Below are positions 40,329 to 48,246 of a DNA stretch of 64,000 nucleotides, one piece after another (position 1 is the first letter of the stretch; each line of letters opens with the position of its first letter). The notes beneath the pieces were generated by a model that did not search any database, was not told where the DNA came from, and saw only the letters and a program-made list of their open reading frames with translations. The position numbers and the translations under genes are program-made. The DNA is from Alphaproteobacteria bacterium (GTDB lineage Bacteria; Pseudomonadota; Alphaproteobacteria; Rs-D84): contig WRCC01000001.1 in NCBI GenBank assembly GCA_009784235.1, forward strand, positions 177,506-241,505, written 5' to 3'.

Positions 40329-40347
40329 AATTTTGTATAATTATTTA

Positions 40348-41352
40348 TTAACAACAGGCGTAACCACACGGTGGATTTTCATGGGTACAATCCATACACG
40401 TCGGCCAATCGCACGTCTCTAGTCCTTGATTCCAAACCGTGCCGTACGGGCATCGCATGCAGAATGGAAGTACTTCTGTGCCCCACCATCCGCTGTTGTA
40501 CGAACATATAATATATTCGTCACAATCAAACGGGTTTGCCATAAAGATACCCATAATATCGCCAATTCCGCCAGGATGCGGAGGGCACATGTCAACAGTA
40601 ATGGATTCTGGGTTGTGGCAAGGATTTGAAGGGAGTTCATAAATACATTGGTCACCTTCCATATAAAAATTCATAGCACATCGGGTCAGAGTACAATTAC
40701 CGCAAGGTTTTCCATCACCCGGACAGACTTGCTGGCGATGCGCACCTACTTCTATGGCGCTGCCGCATGGGAACAATCCGCGCTGGCATACGCATTTACC
40801 AAATGCTGAACTCCATTGCATACCAATGGGACACTTTTTACATGTCGCAACACCATTAACGCATTCATAATAAAAGAATCTGGATTGACATGCGCCCCAG
40901 CTGCCATCAGGTAACAATGCGGACGAGCAATTCAAAGTAGCGGGGTGCGAAAAGAATATATTTGATGCACCCGGCGGACAAGTTGGCGCGGTCGCGGCCG
41001 GGCAAGCGCCCGGCGAGGATAAGTCTATTTGCCAATCGCGGGCACAACTGGATGCTGGCGGTGTTGTGTCTGGGATGCATACGCCGTCGGATATGATGCC
41101 GCCGGGACAGCTTACAGAACATCCGCCCTGGAAATGATATGTGCCCAGATCATCTGTAAATGTTTGTGATTGTGGAACATTGCAAACCGAACCAAATTGC
41201 CAGATTAAATCCAAAGGATTCGGCGCAGTTGCAGTATTTCCAGTACTGGTATCAAAAGCAGGACAAGTTAAATTTAATGGACCAACAGCAAATGCAGACG
41301 TGACAAAGCACAGAGTACCCATCACAAACATGGATAGTATTGTTTTTTTCAT
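40348..41352 (-). CDS. secreted Cys-rich protein with C-terminal peritrophin-A (CBM14) chitin-binding domain
   Basis: Signal peptide MKKTILSMFVMGTLCFVTSAFA. C-terminal CPPHPGG...NPFDCDEYIICSYNSGWWGTEVLPFCMRCPYGTVWNQGLETCDWPTC fits the 6-Cys CBM14 consensus (C..G...P.DC..Y..C..G....C..G..FN....CDWP). Confidence 0.65.
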   Translation of the reverse strand: MKKTILSMFVMGTLCFVTSAFAVGPLNLTCPAFDTSTGNTATAPNPLDLIWQFGSVCNVPQSQTFTDDLGTYHFQGGCSVSCPGGIISDGVCIPDTTPPASSCARDWQIDLSSPGACPAATAPTCPPGASNIFFSHPATLNCSSALLPDGSWGACQSRFFYYECVNGVATCKKCPIGMQWSSAFGKCVCQRGLFPCGSAIEVGAHRQQVCPGDGKPCGNCTLTRCAMNFYMEGDQCIYELPSNPCHNPESITVDMCPPHPGGIGDIMGIFMANPFDCDEYIICSYNSGWWGTEVLPFCMRCPYGTVWNQGLETCDWPTCMDCTHENPPCGYACC

Positions 41353-41468
41353 GATCTCCCCCAGAGATATTTACCTATATTAAAACGTAAATAAAATTTT
41401 CAGTCAAGGGGTATTTATGATAATAATCGTATAAATTAAAACCGCCACATTGGCGGTTTGATTTTTTC

Positions 41469-41556
41469 TGGCGGAGATGAGGAGATTCGAACTCCTGATA
41501 CCTTGCGGTATACTCGCTTTCCAAGCGAGCGCACTAGACCACTATGCGACATCTCC
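41469..41556 (-). tRNA. tRNA-Ser (anticodon GGA), CCA encoded, long variable arm
   Basis: Reverse complement: GGAGATG acceptor, anticodon loop TTGGAAA, 12-nt variable stem-loop, T-arm CAGGAG-TTCGAAT-CTCCT. Confidence 0.9.
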
Positions 41557-41564
41557 GGAAAAAT

Positions 41565-41613
41565 GTAGGGGCGCATTGAATGCGCCCAGGTGGGCGTGCG
41601 CAGCACGCCCCTA
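41565..41613. repeat. palindromic element, composite long form, between tRNA-Ser and rplY
   Basis: GTAGGGGCGCATTGAATGCGCCCAGGTGGGCGTGCGCAGCACGCCCCTAT: two nested inverted repeats, same architecture as the mtaB and alaS copies. Confidence 0.75.
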
Positions 41614-41617
41614 TATA

Positions 41618-42286
41618 CTATTTTTTCTTTGCCGGGGCAGCAGGTTTCGCAGGCGCGGCGGCTTTGGCCGGGGCTGCTTTGCCTTTGGCTGGTGCGGCGG
41701 CTGCTTTGGTCGGTTCTTCTTCGGCCGCCAATTTACCCGCAATCGCAACAAATGCTTGTTCCGCTTGGCGCAGGCCCAATTCAACGCCCGTTGGCAATTT
41801 CAGTGCAGCACCGTGGACCACATCACCAATCGACAATTCAGTCAAATCAACCGCGATGGATTCCGGAATATCATTGACTTTGGCAACAATTGCAACTTTG
41901 CGTGTTGCAAAGTTCAATGTACCGCCCATTTTCATAGCAGGTGCGGTTTCCACGTTAATCAGTTCAATCGGAACACTGACTGATACAGGTTTCTTGACAT
42001 CAATGCGTTTAAAATCAACGTGAACCGGTGCATCCGACACCGGATGATATTGAATATCGATCAACATGGCAGATTCTGTGCCCGCCCCTGTGTCGATTTC
42101 AAAAAGTTTTGTCCGCAATCCGGGTTTCCGGATTAATTCGACCCATGATTTGGCATCGAATTCGATGGCCACCGGGTCTTTTTTGTCGCCATAAATAACG
42201 GCGGGTACTTTTTTATTATTGCGAACTGCACGTGCGGCCCCCTTGCCAGCGACGTTGCGAATTCCAGCGTTCAATTTAATAGACAT
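41618..42286 (-). CDS. rplY: 50S ribosomal protein L25, Ctc form, with Ala/Pro/Lys-rich tail
   Basis: MSIKLNAGIRNVAGKGAARAVRNNKKVPAVIYG start; C-terminal AAAPAKGKAAPAKAAAPAKPAAPAKKK tail typical of alphaproteobacterial Ctc. Confidence 0.85.
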   Translation of the reverse strand: MSIKLNAGIRNVAGKGAARAVRNNKKVPAVIYGDKKDPVAIEFDAKSWVELIRKPGLRTKLFEIDTGAGTESAMLIDIQYHPVSDAPVHVDFKRIDVKKPVSVSVPIELINVETAPAMKMGGTLNFATRKVAIVAKVNDIPESIAVDLTELSIGDVVHGAALKLPTGVELGLRQAEQAFVAIAGKLAAEEEPTKAAAAPAKGKAAPAKAAAPAKPAAPAKKK

Positions 42287-42414
42287 TTTATTTTCCTTTG
42301 GTTCCGTGACCCTCCAAGGGTGTGTCACGCGGGGCACATTATTAATCAGATTTGTGCGAAAATCAAGGAAAAATATTCTTGATAGTTTAATATACGGTTG
42401 TTATAGTCACATAT

Positions 42415-43590
42415 ATGAGAAAGGCATTTTTAATCTTTGGATTTTTATTTTTGGCGACCAGTGCAAACGCATCGTTCAAAACCAATGCGCGGTCGGCATT
42501 TTTAATTGATGCCACGTCCGGCGCAGTTATAATGGACAAAGCCGGCGATGAATTAATGCCACCGTCATCAATGCTGAAAATGATGACTTTGGCCGTTGTG
42601 TTTGATGAAATCAAAGCGGGCCGGTTGAAAATGGATGAATCGCTTAATGTGCCGGCGACCGCGGATTATAACCGGCCTGCGATGAAACCGGCCAGCAAGA
42701 TTTGCCTGGTCACCGGACAAAGATTATCCATGCGTGATGCGCTTCTGGGAACAATTGTAATGTCGGGTGGCGATGCGACGATTACATTGGCAACGCGCAT
42801 TTCTGGTGACGAAGAAAAATTTGCCGCCGCGATGAATCGGCGCGCGCGTGAAATTGGAATGCCGCGGTCGACTTTTGGAAATTCATCCGGATTGCCTCAT
42901 CCGGATAACATGATGACCAGTCGGGAACTGGCGACCCTTGCACAATATTTAATGGAAGAACACCCAGATTTATATCCATTATTCGCGACGCAGCGATTTG
43001 AATTTTCGGATTACCGGTCGGCTTGGTGCGCGGAATGGGGCCGGACGAAAACAATGAACTATAACCGGCTGTTGTTTATCATGCCGGGTGCAGACGGCTT
43101 GAAGACAGGCAGCACGCGTGATGGCGGATATGGATTGACTGCATCTGCAACGCGCGGTGGCCGACGTTTGATTGGCGTTATCAACGGATTGAAAGTTTCA
43201 AATCACGACGCATTAGCGCGCGAAATGCAAAAGCTTCTTAATTATGGATTTGATACAACGCGTAACCATAATTTCTTTGCACCGGGTGATGAAATCGCGC
43301 GCGTTCCACTATGGTACGGGCGCAAGCCAAATGTCGGTGCAACGGTTGCAAAACCATTCGCGATAACTTTGCCACGCGATGCAAATGTGTCCGCGGTACG
43401 CGTTGTCGCGCGATACAGCGAACCATTACGCGCACCGGTTCGTATCGGCGATGTAATTGGTGAAATTATCGCAACCAAAGATGGCGCCGAAATCGCGCGC
43501 ATGCCATTGGTCGCATCTGAAAAAGTCGGACGGACACGCTTTATCGGCCGCATCTGGCAGAATATAAAAATCATATTTGGGATAAAATAG
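42415..43590 (+). CDS. dacC: D-alanyl-D-alanine carboxypeptidase (PBP5/6 family)
   Basis: Signal peptide; SxxK (SSMLKMMT), SGN-like motif and KTG (LKTGST) motif; C-terminal beta-sandwich domain. Confidence 0.8.
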   Translation: MRKAFLIFGFLFLATSANASFKTNARSAFLIDATSGAVIMDKAGDELMPPSSMLKMMTLAVVFDEIKAGRLKMDESLNVPATADYNRPAMKPASKICLVTGQRLSMRDALLGTIVMSGGDATITLATRISGDEEKFAAAMNRRAREIGMPRSTFGNSSGLPHPDNMMTSRELATLAQYLMEEHPDLYPLFATQRFEFSDYRSAWCAEWGRTKTMNYNRLLFIMPGADGLKTGSTRDGGYGLTASATRGGRRLIGVINGLKVSNHDALAREMQKLLNYGFDTTRNHNFFAPGDEIARVPLWYGRKPNVGATVAKPFAITLPRDANVSAVRVVARYSEPLRAPVRIGDVIGEIIATKDGAEIARMPLVASEKVGRTRFIGRIWQNIKIIFGIK

Positions 43591-43614
43591 AGAGATTAGA
43601 AAAAGGAAATCAGG

Positions 43615-43986
43615 ATGAAAATCAGTCATAAGATATTAATACCGTTTGCAGCAATTACATTAATCGGATGTGCAAAAAAACAGCATGGCGTTATAAAACA
43701 CATTGATGTTGAAAATCATACACTGTATGTCCGCACAGATGCGGGCGAAATAAGATTTACAAATTCGGATAGTCTTAAATTTGCAAACCACGACCGAACT
43801 TTGTCAATGGTTGATTTTATATCATTTTTTGAAATCGAAGATAGAGTATCGTTCAAGAGACAACCAGTCGGCACGACAAAAGTTGTCTTCAACAACAGAT
43901 ATCCTTTTCACCGAGTAAATGATATGCGCACAGTAAGATTTGCCCGCAATCGCGCATTTGAACGCTTGCAAGAAACTGAACGATAG
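43615..43986 (+). CDS. hypothetical lipoprotein
   Basis: Lipobox LIGC at residues 16-19; 123 aa. Confidence 0.45.
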   Translation: MKISHKILIPFAAITLIGCAKKQHGVIKHIDVENHTLYVRTDAGEIRFTNSDSLKFANHDRTLSMVDFISFFEIEDRVSFKRQPVGTTKVVFNNRYPFHRVNDMRTVRFARNRAFERLQETER

Positions 43987-43988
43987 AA

Positions 43989-45008
43989 ATGGCACCGAAA
44001 AAAACAAAATCTTATAATTTCCCGGACCCAATTGCGAATGCGGAATTGGTTGGTCATTCGGATGCGCAAAATGCATTTATGGATGCGTGGCGGCGACGCG
44101 CGGAATATCCAATTCACCCAGTCTGGATTTTGTCTGGCGTACGCGGCATTGGCAAAGCGACTTTGGCATACAGGATTGCGCGGTTTGTATTCGGCGAACA
44201 AATGGCGACGGGCGGATATGATGATTCGACTGGCGATTTGTTTGCTGGTGATGCGCCGGTCGCAAACGCGGATAATTCCGATGCTGTTTTTCAAAAAATG
44301 CTGGATGGTGGGTTTGGCGATTTCTTTATAATAGATACCGCGCACAATCTTGATGCGAATGGGCGACCGAATCCAGATGTAAAAAGCATCAGCGTACATA
44401 CGCTGCGCAAAATGATTGAAAAAATGCAATTGTCATCTATGGAGGGCGGATGGCGCGTTGTAATAATTGATTCGCTGGATGAATTGTCGGTTGCGGCGCA
44501 GAATGCAATACTGAAATTGTTAGAAGAACCGCCGGCGAACACCCTATTCTTGGTTGTCGTACATTCTTTGGCAAATACTTTGCCGACAATTCGTTCGCGT
44601 GCACGTGTTGAAAAATTGCACCCGCTGACCATTTCTGAATTGCGTGATGTTGCGCGGATTTTATTGCCCGACGATGAACAAGATTTATCGCCTGCGACTT
44701 TGCGATTGGCGGCGGGTTCATTTGGCCGTATTGCGAATTTAAAGAAAAATGGCGGCGATGAATTGTACGAAGATTTATTGCGCATATGTAAAAACGACCG
44801 TGCGAACGCATCGGATATTATGACGATGGCGTCGGCAATTGCAAAGGCGCCAGAAATGAACGGCATATTATTGGACGCTGTGGCGCATTTCGGATTGGCT
44901 GACTTATATCCGACCGCGACCCAACAAATTGCAGATATAACACGTGTGCATTTGGAACCAGAAATCGCCGCATTCAGAATTATTAGCGATATACGAAAAT
45001 GTTTATAG
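43989..45008 (+). CDS. holB: DNA polymerase III delta-prime subunit
   Basis: AAA+ clamp-loader fold with degenerate Walker A (SGVRGIGKAT), SRC-like region, LLEEPP motif. Confidence 0.75.
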   Translation: MAPKKTKSYNFPDPIANAELVGHSDAQNAFMDAWRRRAEYPIHPVWILSGVRGIGKATLAYRIARFVFGEQMATGGYDDSTGDLFAGDAPVANADNSDAVFQKMLDGGFGDFFIIDTAHNLDANGRPNPDVKSISVHTLRKMIEKMQLSSMEGGWRVVIIDSLDELSVAAQNAILKLLEEPPANTLFLVVVHSLANTLPTIRSRARVEKLHPLTISELRDVARILLPDDEQDLSPATLRLAAGSFGRIANLKKNGGDELYEDLLRICKNDRANASDIMTMASAIAKAPEMNGILLDAVAHFGLADLYPTATQQIADITRVHLEPEIAAFRIISDIRKCL

Positions 45009-45880
45009 ATACCCATTGTCATTTAACCCACCGATATGTTCCAGCAGACGAAGTTTCCGGCGTGATTCATCGTGCGCGTGACGCGGGTGTTGGCGCTTTG
45101 GTTATGTCTGGTGCGGCGGTGGGCGATGCCGCAGATGCGGTCGCGCTGTGTGAAAAATATGATAATCTGTTTTGTACGGTTGGAATTCATCCGGAATATG
45201 CTATCTCCCCCTCCTTGAGGGGGAGTGGCGAGCAAGGCGAGCCGAGGGGGAGCTCCCCCAGTCGCCTGCGGCGACAGCCCCCCTCAAAGGGGGGGGGCAC
45301 AGGCACCGTGCTTGATTACACCAAATTTTTATCACATCCAAAGGTTGTTGGTGTTGGTGAAATCGGTTTGGATTTTTATTATGATAAAGAAATCGAAATA
45401 CACAACAAACAAATCGAATTCTTTCGCGCGCAGTTGAAAATTGCCGCGGATGCTGGGTTGCCAGTGGCGATTCACAGTCGTGCGGCGCGCGCGGAAACGG
45501 TTGAAATTTTATGCGATGCGGCGTATGCGAATTTGGGCGGCGGCCTTGTTCCCGGCGTGATGCATTTTCACTGTATGCCATGGGAATTTACAAAAAAATT
45601 ATTGGACCGCGGATTTTATTTTTCCGCGACTGGGATAATTACATTCAAAAATGCAGATGCCGAACGCGATGTATTTGCGCGCATACCAATCGACCGGATT
45701 GTTATCGAAACGGATGCACCGTGGTGCGCGCCGGTACCATTTCGCGGAAAAACATGCGAACCGGCGATGGTTGTTGAAACCGCACGTGCATTGGCCGAAA
45801 TCCATAGCATATCGTTACCAGAATTGGAAAATATTTTATTCGAAAATACGAAACGTTTGTACCCGAAGATGATTATTTAG
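44999..45880 (+). CDS. tatD: TatD-family metal-dependent DNase, carrying an in-frame GC-rich palindromic insertion (~34 aa)
   Basis: IDTHCHL start, GEIGLDFYYD and HSR motifs. Between GIHPEYA and VLDYTKF the protein reads ISPSLRGSGEQGEPRGSSPSRLRRQPPSKGGGTGT, encoded by nested C5/G5-type hairpins. Confidence 0.8.
   Translation: MFIDTHCHLTHRYVPADEVSGVIHRARDAGVGALVMSGAAVGDAADAVALCEKYDNLFCTVGIHPEYAISPSLRGSGEQGEPRGSSPSRLRRQPPSKGGGTGTVLDYTKFLSHPKVVGVGEIGLDFYYDKEIEIHNKQIEFFRAQLKIAADAGLPVAIHSRAARAETVEILCDAAYANLGGGLVPGVMHFHCMPWEFTKKLLDRGFYFSATGIITFKNADAERDVFARIPIDRIVIETDAPWCAPVPFRGKTCEPAMVVETARALAEIHSISLPELENILFENTKRLYPKMII
45203..45304. repeat. GC-rich palindromic insertion inside tatD (CCCCCTCCTTGAGGGGGAG ... 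GGGGGAGCTCCCCC ... CCCCCCTCAAAGGGGGGGG)
   Basis: Three hairpins of oligo-C/oligo-G arms within ~100 nt; GC content far above the gene average; in frame. Confidence 0.7.
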
Positions 45881-46125
45881 TTCACTCTGCCAGATATTTC
45901 GTCCAGTCGTCCTTGTACCAGGGCGGCGCATTCGTGAAGAACTTCTTCGACCGCATTCAGATTTTCGATTGCTTTGTCCATGTCTTTCTTGCTGTTTTTA
46001 AATGCATCTGAACATTTTTTTCTTTTTATAACAATAATTTCAGAATCACGATTTTTGGAATTTAAATTCGTTTTTTTTATCATTCCTGGATTCATTTCAA
46101 ACTCCCTTACGCTGTACATGCACAT
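45877..46125 (-). CDS. hypothetical small protein
   Basis: 82-aa ORF, helical C-terminus; no motif recognised. Confidence 0.3.
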   Translation of the reverse strand: MCMYSVREFEMNPGMIKKTNLNSKNRDSEIIVIKRKKCSDAFKNSKKDMDKAIENLNAVEEVLHECAALVQGRLDEISGRVN

Positions 46126-46211
46126 TATACGACATTGAGTTTAATTTGACAACTATTGTTTTCCGAGCCGTCGGATTGACTTTTGATGCTTTTCTGGTAT
46201 CATTTTCAATT

Positions 46212-46718
46212 ATGGCAAGACAGATAATCAAATCGGGACAGGTTGCAGAAAACCGCAAGGCGCGGTTCGAATATGCCGTGGAAGACACTATCGAAGCCGG
46301 AATTTCATTGACCGGTGCCGAAGTAAAATCCGTTCGGTATGGCCTGGTTAATATCAGTGATGCTTTTGTACAAACATCTGGCGCAACGGCGCGGCGCGGA
46401 CTGACGGCTGGTTCTGACATAAACCTGGTGCTGTCGAATATGGTTATCCAAGCTTTGCCGACTGCGAACAAAGCCGTTCCATTTAATGAACGTCGGTATC
46501 GGCAACTGTTATTGCATCGGAATCAGATTAACAGGTTGGCCGGGAAATTAAATGAAAAAGGCGCGACTATCGTGCCGTTGAAAATTTATTTTAACGCACG
46601 CGGCCGATTAAAAGTATTATTGGGCGTTGGATTTGGAAAGTCAAAAATTGATAAACGCGAAACGATTAAAAAGAGAGAGTGGGAAAAGGACAAGGCAAGA
46701 GTTCTGAAAAGAGGTTAA
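46212..46718 (+). CDS. smpB: SsrA-binding protein SmpB
   Basis: ENRKARFEYAVEDTIEAGISLTGAEVKSVR and RQLLLHRNQINRL...VPLKIYFN motifs. Start set at ATG 46212 (MARQII). An extra ~13 aa (TSGATARRGLTAGS) in a loop relative to typical SmpB. Confidence 0.8.
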   Translation: MARQIIKSGQVAENRKARFEYAVEDTIEAGISLTGAEVKSVRYGLVNISDAFVQTSGATARRGLTAGSDINLVLSNMVIQALPTANKAVPFNERRYRQLLLHRNQINRLAGKLNEKGATIVPLKIYFNARGRLKVLLGVGFGKSKIDKRETIKKREWEKDKARVLKRG

Positions 46719-46723
46719 TTAAC

Positions 46724-46755
46724 AAAAAATGCCGCGGATGCGGCATTTTTTATTT
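46724..46755. terminator. bidirectional rho-independent terminator; identical 32-nt copy also at 52124-52155
   Basis: AAAAAATGCCGCGGATGCGGCATTTTTTATTT between convergent smpB and the EF-hand gene. Confidence 0.75.
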
Positions 46756-47182
46756 AGATTTTTTCTTCATCATCTTCCGGGCATTCTTCATCTTCGTCCG
46801 GATTGATTACGTTTTCGATTTTTTGTTCCAATCTTTCGATTTTTTGTTCAAATTTGGAAATTTTCCATTCTTTCAGTTCGACTTTGGTGATGCAGCCATC
46901 GTTGTTCAGGTCAGCAGCAGCAATTTTCGCCGCCATTTTGCCACGCAATTTAGAAACGTCCAGGCATCCGTTCGCATCAAACGTAAATTGTTTTTTCCAC
47001 ATCATGTGTTTCATACAACACATTTTGCCCGCGCAAAAACCGATTGCAAATATAACAATCCACAAAACGATTTTCCAGAACCAGGATTTGCATTTGCATC
47101 CGGAATCGCATGCGCATGACATTGCTGGGGCCGGACGTGCCGCTGGGCGTACAGCTGATTTTTTATTATGTTTTTTTATCAT
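46754..47182 (-). CDS. membrane-anchored EF-hand calcium-binding protein
   Basis: N-terminal TM (IVLWIVIFAIGFCAG); canonical EF-hand loop DLNNDGCITKVE; a second degenerate loop DANGCLDVSKL; acidic C-terminus. Confidence 0.5.
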   Translation of the reverse strand: MIKKHNKKSAVRPAARPAPAMSCACDSGCKCKSWFWKIVLWIVIFAIGFCAGKMCCMKHMMWKKQFTFDANGCLDVSKLRGKMAAKIAAADLNNDGCITKVELKEWKISKFEQKIERLEQKIENVINPDEDEECPEDDEEKI

Positions 47183-47254
47183 TTCACTTCCTTTTGGTTG
47201 ACGCGCGGATTATAGGATAAAATGCGATTGCGGGCAAGGGGAAATTATTCAGTT

Positions 47255-47283
47255 AAAAAATCCGCCTTGCGGCGGATTTTTTT
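47255..47283 (-). terminator. rho-independent terminator of hupB
   Basis: AAAAAATCCGCCTTGCGGCGGATTTTTTT overlapping the hupB stop codon. Confidence 0.65.
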
Positions 47284-47554
47284 AGTTCAACGCATCTTTC
47301 AGAGCTTTGCCAGCTTTGAATTTCGGCTGGGTCGATGCTGGGATTTTTATCGCAGCGCCAGTCTGTGGGTTGCGGCCGGTGGTCGCTTTGCGTTTTGCGG
47401 TTGTGAATGTACCGAAACCGACCAAGCGAACTTCGCCTTTCTTTTTCAGAACTTTCGTAACTGTGTTGATAAACGCATCCAATGTTGCGCCGGCAACTGC
47501 TTTGGAAATATCGACTTCGTTTGCAATTGCTTCAATCAATTGTGCTTTGTTCAT
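47282..47554 (-). CDS. hupB: DNA-binding protein HU
   Basis: [11 protein letters not shown]...GFGTF...RNPQTG...IP motifs of the HU/IHF fold; 90 aa. Confidence 0.9.
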   Translation of the reverse strand: MNKAQLIEAIANEVDISKAVAGATLDAFINTVTKVLKKKGEVRLVGFGTFTTAKRKATTGRNPQTGAAIKIPASTQPKFKAGKALKDALN

Positions 47555-47659
47555 AGGGTTCTCCTTTTATCATGAGAGGGTTAGAGGGTTTTCGCCCCGG
47601 TTTTCTAACCGAACTTCCTTTCGGCTTGTACGAATCGTAGAGAAAATAAGGGTTATGTG

Positions 47660-48169
47660 TCAAGGGATAATTTTAGAGCGGAAAATAATCGCATCTGCAC
47701 GGACCGGACGCGAACCCGGTGTGCTTGATTCACACAGTACGAATTTACCCGGTGCGCCGCGCACGCCGACGGCGCGAAAATGGTTCGGTGTATGCAACAA
47801 AATTGTAAATATGATTGTCGCCCAAAACAGCGCTTTCCCAAGGAAAAATGGGAATTCATATTTCTTTTTATCAAATTTATCGCTGATTAAATTCTGGTAA
47901 AAAGCCCAGCCGGTTGTTACCAACAAAACCATAAAGAAAAAGAAGAAAATCATCGTCAATGCGGTGCGAAACATGACCAGTCCGCGAGCGATTTCATCGA
48001 ACACAACATCGGACGCTGGGCATACGAATAACGCGATACCAGCCACCGAATCGGGTAAATTATGAACCGCCGGCTTTATACCAATCCATTCACCCGGCGT
48101 GACACCAAATGACGCCGCGATTATAATCGCGATAACAAGAATAACAGAAAGAACAACGGTGGGTCTCAT
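47660..48169 (-). CDS. hypothetical membrane protein
   Basis: 169-aa ORF with three to four hydrophobic helices; no motif recognised; 3' extent uncertain. Confidence 0.35.
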   Translation of the reverse strand: MRPTVVLSVILVIAIIIAASFGVTPGEWIGIKPAVHNLPDSVAGIALFVCPASDVVFDEIARGLVMFRTALTMIFFFFFMVLLVTTGWAFYQNLISDKFDKKKYEFPFFLGKALFWATIIFTILLHTPNHFRAVGVRGAPGKFVLCESSTPGSRPVRADAIIFRSKIIP

Positions 48170-48246
48170 GAAGTTTATTATATCATATTTACACTTTACA
48201 CTCTATACTTTTAATTCTATAATCCGCGCACGAAAAAAGGTTAAAA

